A stretch of 64,000 nucleotides of DNA from an uncultured Acidobacteriota bacterium (GTDB taxonomy: Bacteria; Acidobacteriota; Vicinamibacteria; Vicinamibacterales; UBA2999): positions 145,960 through 209,959 of the forward strand of contig CAWAYR010000024.1 of NCBI GenBank assembly GCA_963786365.1, read 5' to 3'. Within the stretch, counting starts at the first letter, position 1; each line of letters starts with the position of its first letter. Both the position numbers and the translations under genes were made by a program. The notes under the pieces were generated by a model that saw only the letters and a program-made list of their open reading frames with translations, was not told where the DNA came from and did no database searches. This document shows positions 61,324 through 64,000 of the stretch, piece by piece.

Positions 61324-63765
61324 ATGTCCCACTTCCTGCGTGACGTGGTCCATGCCGTCCGCGTGCTTGCGTCCCGCCCGGTCCTGACCGCCACCACGGT
61401 CGCGACGCTCGCCGTCGGCATCGGCGGGACGAGCACGATGTTCGCCGTCGCCGACAGCCTGCTGTTGCGGCCGTTGCCGGTGCCCGAGGCCGCCCGCCTG
61501 GTCCGCGTCTTCGGTGCCAGCGACATCGCCGAGCTGGGCATCACGTCGTACCCGAACCTGCAGGACGTCGCCGACCGGGCCCGCTCCTTCGCGGCGATGA
61601 CGATTCACCAGCAGACCTTCGCCGCCTACGGCCTCGGCGACGACACGACCAACGCCGCCGTCGAGCTGGTCAGCGGCAGCTACTTCCCGACCTTCCAGGT
61701 CGCGACGACGCTCGGCCGCGCCTTGATGCCCGAGGACGATCGGCCCGACGCGGCGCGCGTCACGGTGGTGAGCGACCGTTGGTGGCGCAGCCACCTGGCC
61801 GCGGATCCCCAAGTCGTCGGCCGCACCGTGCACCTCAACGGGTCGGTGTTCACGGTGATCGGCGTCGCGCCGTCGAGCTTCCGCGGCAGTTACGACGCAC
61901 TCGGCACCGATCTGTGGGTGCCGCTCATGACCTACGACGTCGTGCGGCCGCGCGGCCTCGACATCCGGCGGCGCACCTGGGGATGGCTGCAGGCGACTGC
62001 CCGGCTCGCGCCCGGGGCGTCGCTCGAGGGCGCCAGCAGCGAAGCGGCGACGATTGCCGCGGCGCTGCGCGCCGAGTATCCGCGCGAGAATCGTGGCCTC
62101 GCGTTCACGGTGGTGCCGGCGTCGAGCCTGCCCGAGTCGATGACGCCGGACTTACGCCGTGCTCTCGTCTTCGCCCTGATCGTGGCGGCGCTGGCGCTCC
62201 TGGCGGCCTGCGCCAACGTCGCCAATGCCTCGCTGGCGACGGTCAGCGACCGCGGCGCGGAGATCGCCGTCCGCATGGCGCTCGGCGCGTCGCGAGGCGC
62301 GATCGCCCGGCAGTGGCTGGCCGAGAGCCTGGTCGCGACGGCGGCCGCCACGCTCCTCGGCCTGTTGCTGGCGGTGTGGCTGCGCGATGGACTGTTCGCG
62401 CTCAGGCCGCTGGCCGGCTACGAGAACTTCGCGCCCGCGCTCGACATCGGCTGGCCGGTGTGGGCCTGCGCGGCCGTGCTGATGGCCGTGGCCACCTGCC
62501 TGTCGGGGGTCCTGCCCGCCTTTCGCGCGTCGCGCGTCGCGCCGGCACGTCCGCTGCGTGACGGCGCCGCGGCCAACATCGGCGGCAGCCGCGGTCAATG
62601 GATCCGCACCGCCCTCGTCTCGGCGCAGGCAGCGGTGGCGCTGGCCCTCGTCGTGCTCGCCGGACTTCTCGGGCAGAGCGTCGCCACGGCGCGGCGCTTC
62701 GACGTGGGATTCGACCGCGCCGGGCTGGTGATCGCGAGGGCCAACGTCAGCGCGCTCGGGCACGACGAGGCGCAGAGCTATCAGTACCACGCGGCGACGA
62801 TGGCGCGGGTGCGGGCGCTGCCCGGAGCCACGCAGGTCACGGCCGCGTCGGTCGTCCCGCTCGGCCCCAACGATGAGCGCCGCGGCGTGACGATCGACGG
62901 CTACACCCCGCCCGGCGACGGCGCCCCCCTCTCGATGCCCAACAACGTCGTGTGGCCTGGCTACTTCGAGGTGATGGGCATCCCGCTCGTCGCCGGCCGC
63001 ACCTTCACGGAGGCCGATGGGCGTCCCGGCGGCCCGCTCGTCGCGATCGTGAACCAGACGATGGCGACCCGGTACTGGCCGTCGGGCGATCCGATTGGCC
63101 GCACCATCCGCATGGGCGATCAACGCGCGGAGGTCGTCGGCATCGTCAAGGACATCGTCTACTACACGCTGGGCGAGGCGCCGCTGCCGTATCTCTACCT
63201 GGCCTACGGCCCCGGCCAGCCGTATCAGGACGGCCTCACGTTCCACGTCCGCACCAGCCTCGCCCCGGCGGTGATGGCGCGCCAGCTGTCGCGGGAGCTG
63301 CGGGCGCAGGATCCGCGCGTCCGCGTCGTCAACGCCATGGGCTATGACGAGCTGCGTGCGGCGGCGCTGTTTCCGGCGCGGGCGATGGGCTGGCTGAGCA
63401 CCGGCTTCGCGGTCCTCGCCCTGGCGCTGCTGCTCGTCGGCACCTACGGCGTGACGTCGTATGTCGTGGCCGGACGGCGCCGCGAGTTGGCGCTGCGCGT
63501 CGCGCTGGGCGCCGCTCCCGACGCACTCCGCGCCGGCGTGGTGCGGCGCGCGCTGCTGTGGGGGGCACCGGGTGCGCTGGCTGGCGCGCTCGTCGCCCTC
63601 GGGCTCGCCCAGCTGCTGCGCGGGACCCTGGTCGGCGTGTCGGCTCTCGATCCGTGGTCGCTGGCCGGCGGCGCCGTCGCCGTGCTGATCACCTCGGGCC
63701 TGGCCGCCTACGTCCCGGCGCGCCGCGTCGGGCGCCTCGACCTCGCCGCCGAGCTGCGCCAGTGA
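61324..63765 (+). CDS. ADOP-family duplicated orphan FtsX permease (MacB-like), intact
   Basis: 813-aa ORF starting MSHFLRDVVHAVRVLASRPVLTATTV. It has two FtsX 4-TM modules, each preceded by a large periplasmic domain, and ends AAYVPARRVGRLDLAAELRQ. No ATPase or PadR gene is adjacent. Confidence 0.85.
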   Translation: MSHFLRDVVHAVRVLASRPVLTATTVATLAVGIGGTSTMFAVADSLLLRPLPVPEAARLVRVFGASDIAELGITSYPNLQDVADRARSFAAMTIHQQTFAAYGLGDDTTNAAVELVSGSYFPTFQVATTLGRALMPEDDRPDAARVTVVSDRWWRSHLAADPQVVGRTVHLNGSVFTVIGVAPSSFRGSYDALGTDLWVPLMTYDVVRPRGLDIRRRTWGWLQATARLAPGASLEGASSEAATIAAALRAEYPRENRGLAFTVVPASSLPESMTPDLRRALVFALIVAALALLAACANVANASLATVSDRGAEIAVRMALGASRGAIARQWLAESLVATAAATLLGLLLAVWLRDGLFALRPLAGYENFAPALDIGWPVWACAAVLMAVATCLSGVLPAFRASRVAPARPLRDGAAANIGGSRGQWIRTALVSAQAAVALALVVLAGLLGQSVATARRFDVGFDRAGLVIARANVSALGHDEAQSYQYHAATMARVRALPGATQVTAASVVPLGPNDERRGVTIDGYTPPGDGAPLSMPNNVVWPGYFEVMGIPLVAGRTFTEADGRPGGPLVAIVNQTMATRYWPSGDPIGRTIRMGDQRAEVVGIVKDIVYYTLGEAPLPYLYLAYGPGQPYQDGLTFHVRTSLAPAVMARQLSRELRAQDPRVRVVNAMGYDELRAAALFPARAMGWLSTGFAVLALALLLVGTYGVTSYVVAGRRRELALRVALGAAPDALRAGVVRRALLWGAPGALAGALVALGLAQLLRGTLVGVSALDPWSLAGGAVAVLITSGLAAYVPARRVGRLDLAAELRQ

Positions 63766-63798
63766 CGCCAGGTCATCGACCGGCGTGGTGACGCCCGA

Positions 63799-64000
63799 TC
63801 ACCAGCCGATCGCCAGTCCGTCCTTGCGCGGATCCGACCCGCCCAGCAGCGCACCGGTCCGCGGATCGATCAGCACCGCCTGAAAGCCGCCCATGGCGCC
63901 GCGGCCGTCGCTGGTCACATGCCCGCGGCGTTCGAGTTCGGCGCGTACGTCGGCGCCGATAGCGCTCTCGAGCGCCAGACCCTCGCTCGTGTGGCGCATC
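63799..64000 (-). CDS. ggt: Gamma-glutamyltransferase, C-terminal end only (gene continues beyond the window)
   Basis: ...GGFQAVLIDPRTGALLGGSDPRKDGLAIGW* matches the conserved GGT C-terminus. The reading frame is open to the window edge. Confidence 0.7.
   Translation of the reverse strand, partial: MRHTSEGLALESAIGADVRAELERRGHVTSDGRGAMGGFQAVLIDPRTGALLGGSDPRKDGLAIGW

Overview
High-GC (about 70% by eye) bacterial chromosomal segment. It is most consistent with Acidobacteriota: two ADOP-type orphan duplicated FtsX permeases (one behind a PadR gene), a CarboxypepD_reg-type TonB receptor and many TPR fusions. Layout: (1) 1-14.4 kb, a surface-polysaccharide locus (GT1, AsnB-like amidotransferase, Wzy-like, Wzx, three SAM methyltransferases, GT4, GT2, a polytopic membrane protein) with an octaheme cytochrome c-HEAT-TPR gene embedded in it. 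(2) 14.4-22.5 kb: an AlkP/sulfatase-like-TPR protein, a CarboxypepD_reg-TPR protein, an AmiE-like/NamZ-like fusion, and a decayed AlgJ-like + MBOAT pair. (3) 22.6-27.3 kb: ctaB, a cupredoxin lipoprotein, an M23 peptidase, tRNA-Glu(CUC), a glycine-zipper protein and a DUF892 protein. (4) 27.3-33.5 kb: PadR-ADOP permease, then a GT2/GT-C/CBM9-like operon. (5) 33.5-40.8 kb: a small orphan gene and its relic copy, a tail-fibre-like protein, and a roughly 1540-aa Kelch/Ig-repeat/PxKF surface protein with nine 240-bp tandem repeats. (6) 40.8-45.4 kb: a CHASE2 adenylate cyclase - M48 peptidase - cNMP-binding MscS channel operon. (7) 45.5-55 kb: ornithine cyclodeaminase (OCD), HDAC-like, PLD-like and proline-racemase-family genes, plus two tandem AlkP-TPR lipoproteins. 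(8) 55-64 kb: a TonB receptor, a lipoprotein, an Fn3 protein, a second ADOP permease and a partial GGT. No integrase, transposase, CRISPR or rRNA was seen. Two window-wide observations: about 45 reading-frame interruptions by my manual frame tracing, very unevenly distributed; and a family of heptamer/octamer tandem arrays sitting at gene 3' ends (43.98, 45.44, 55.12 and 61.07-61.2 kb). All functional calls rest on motifs read by eye; no database search was run.
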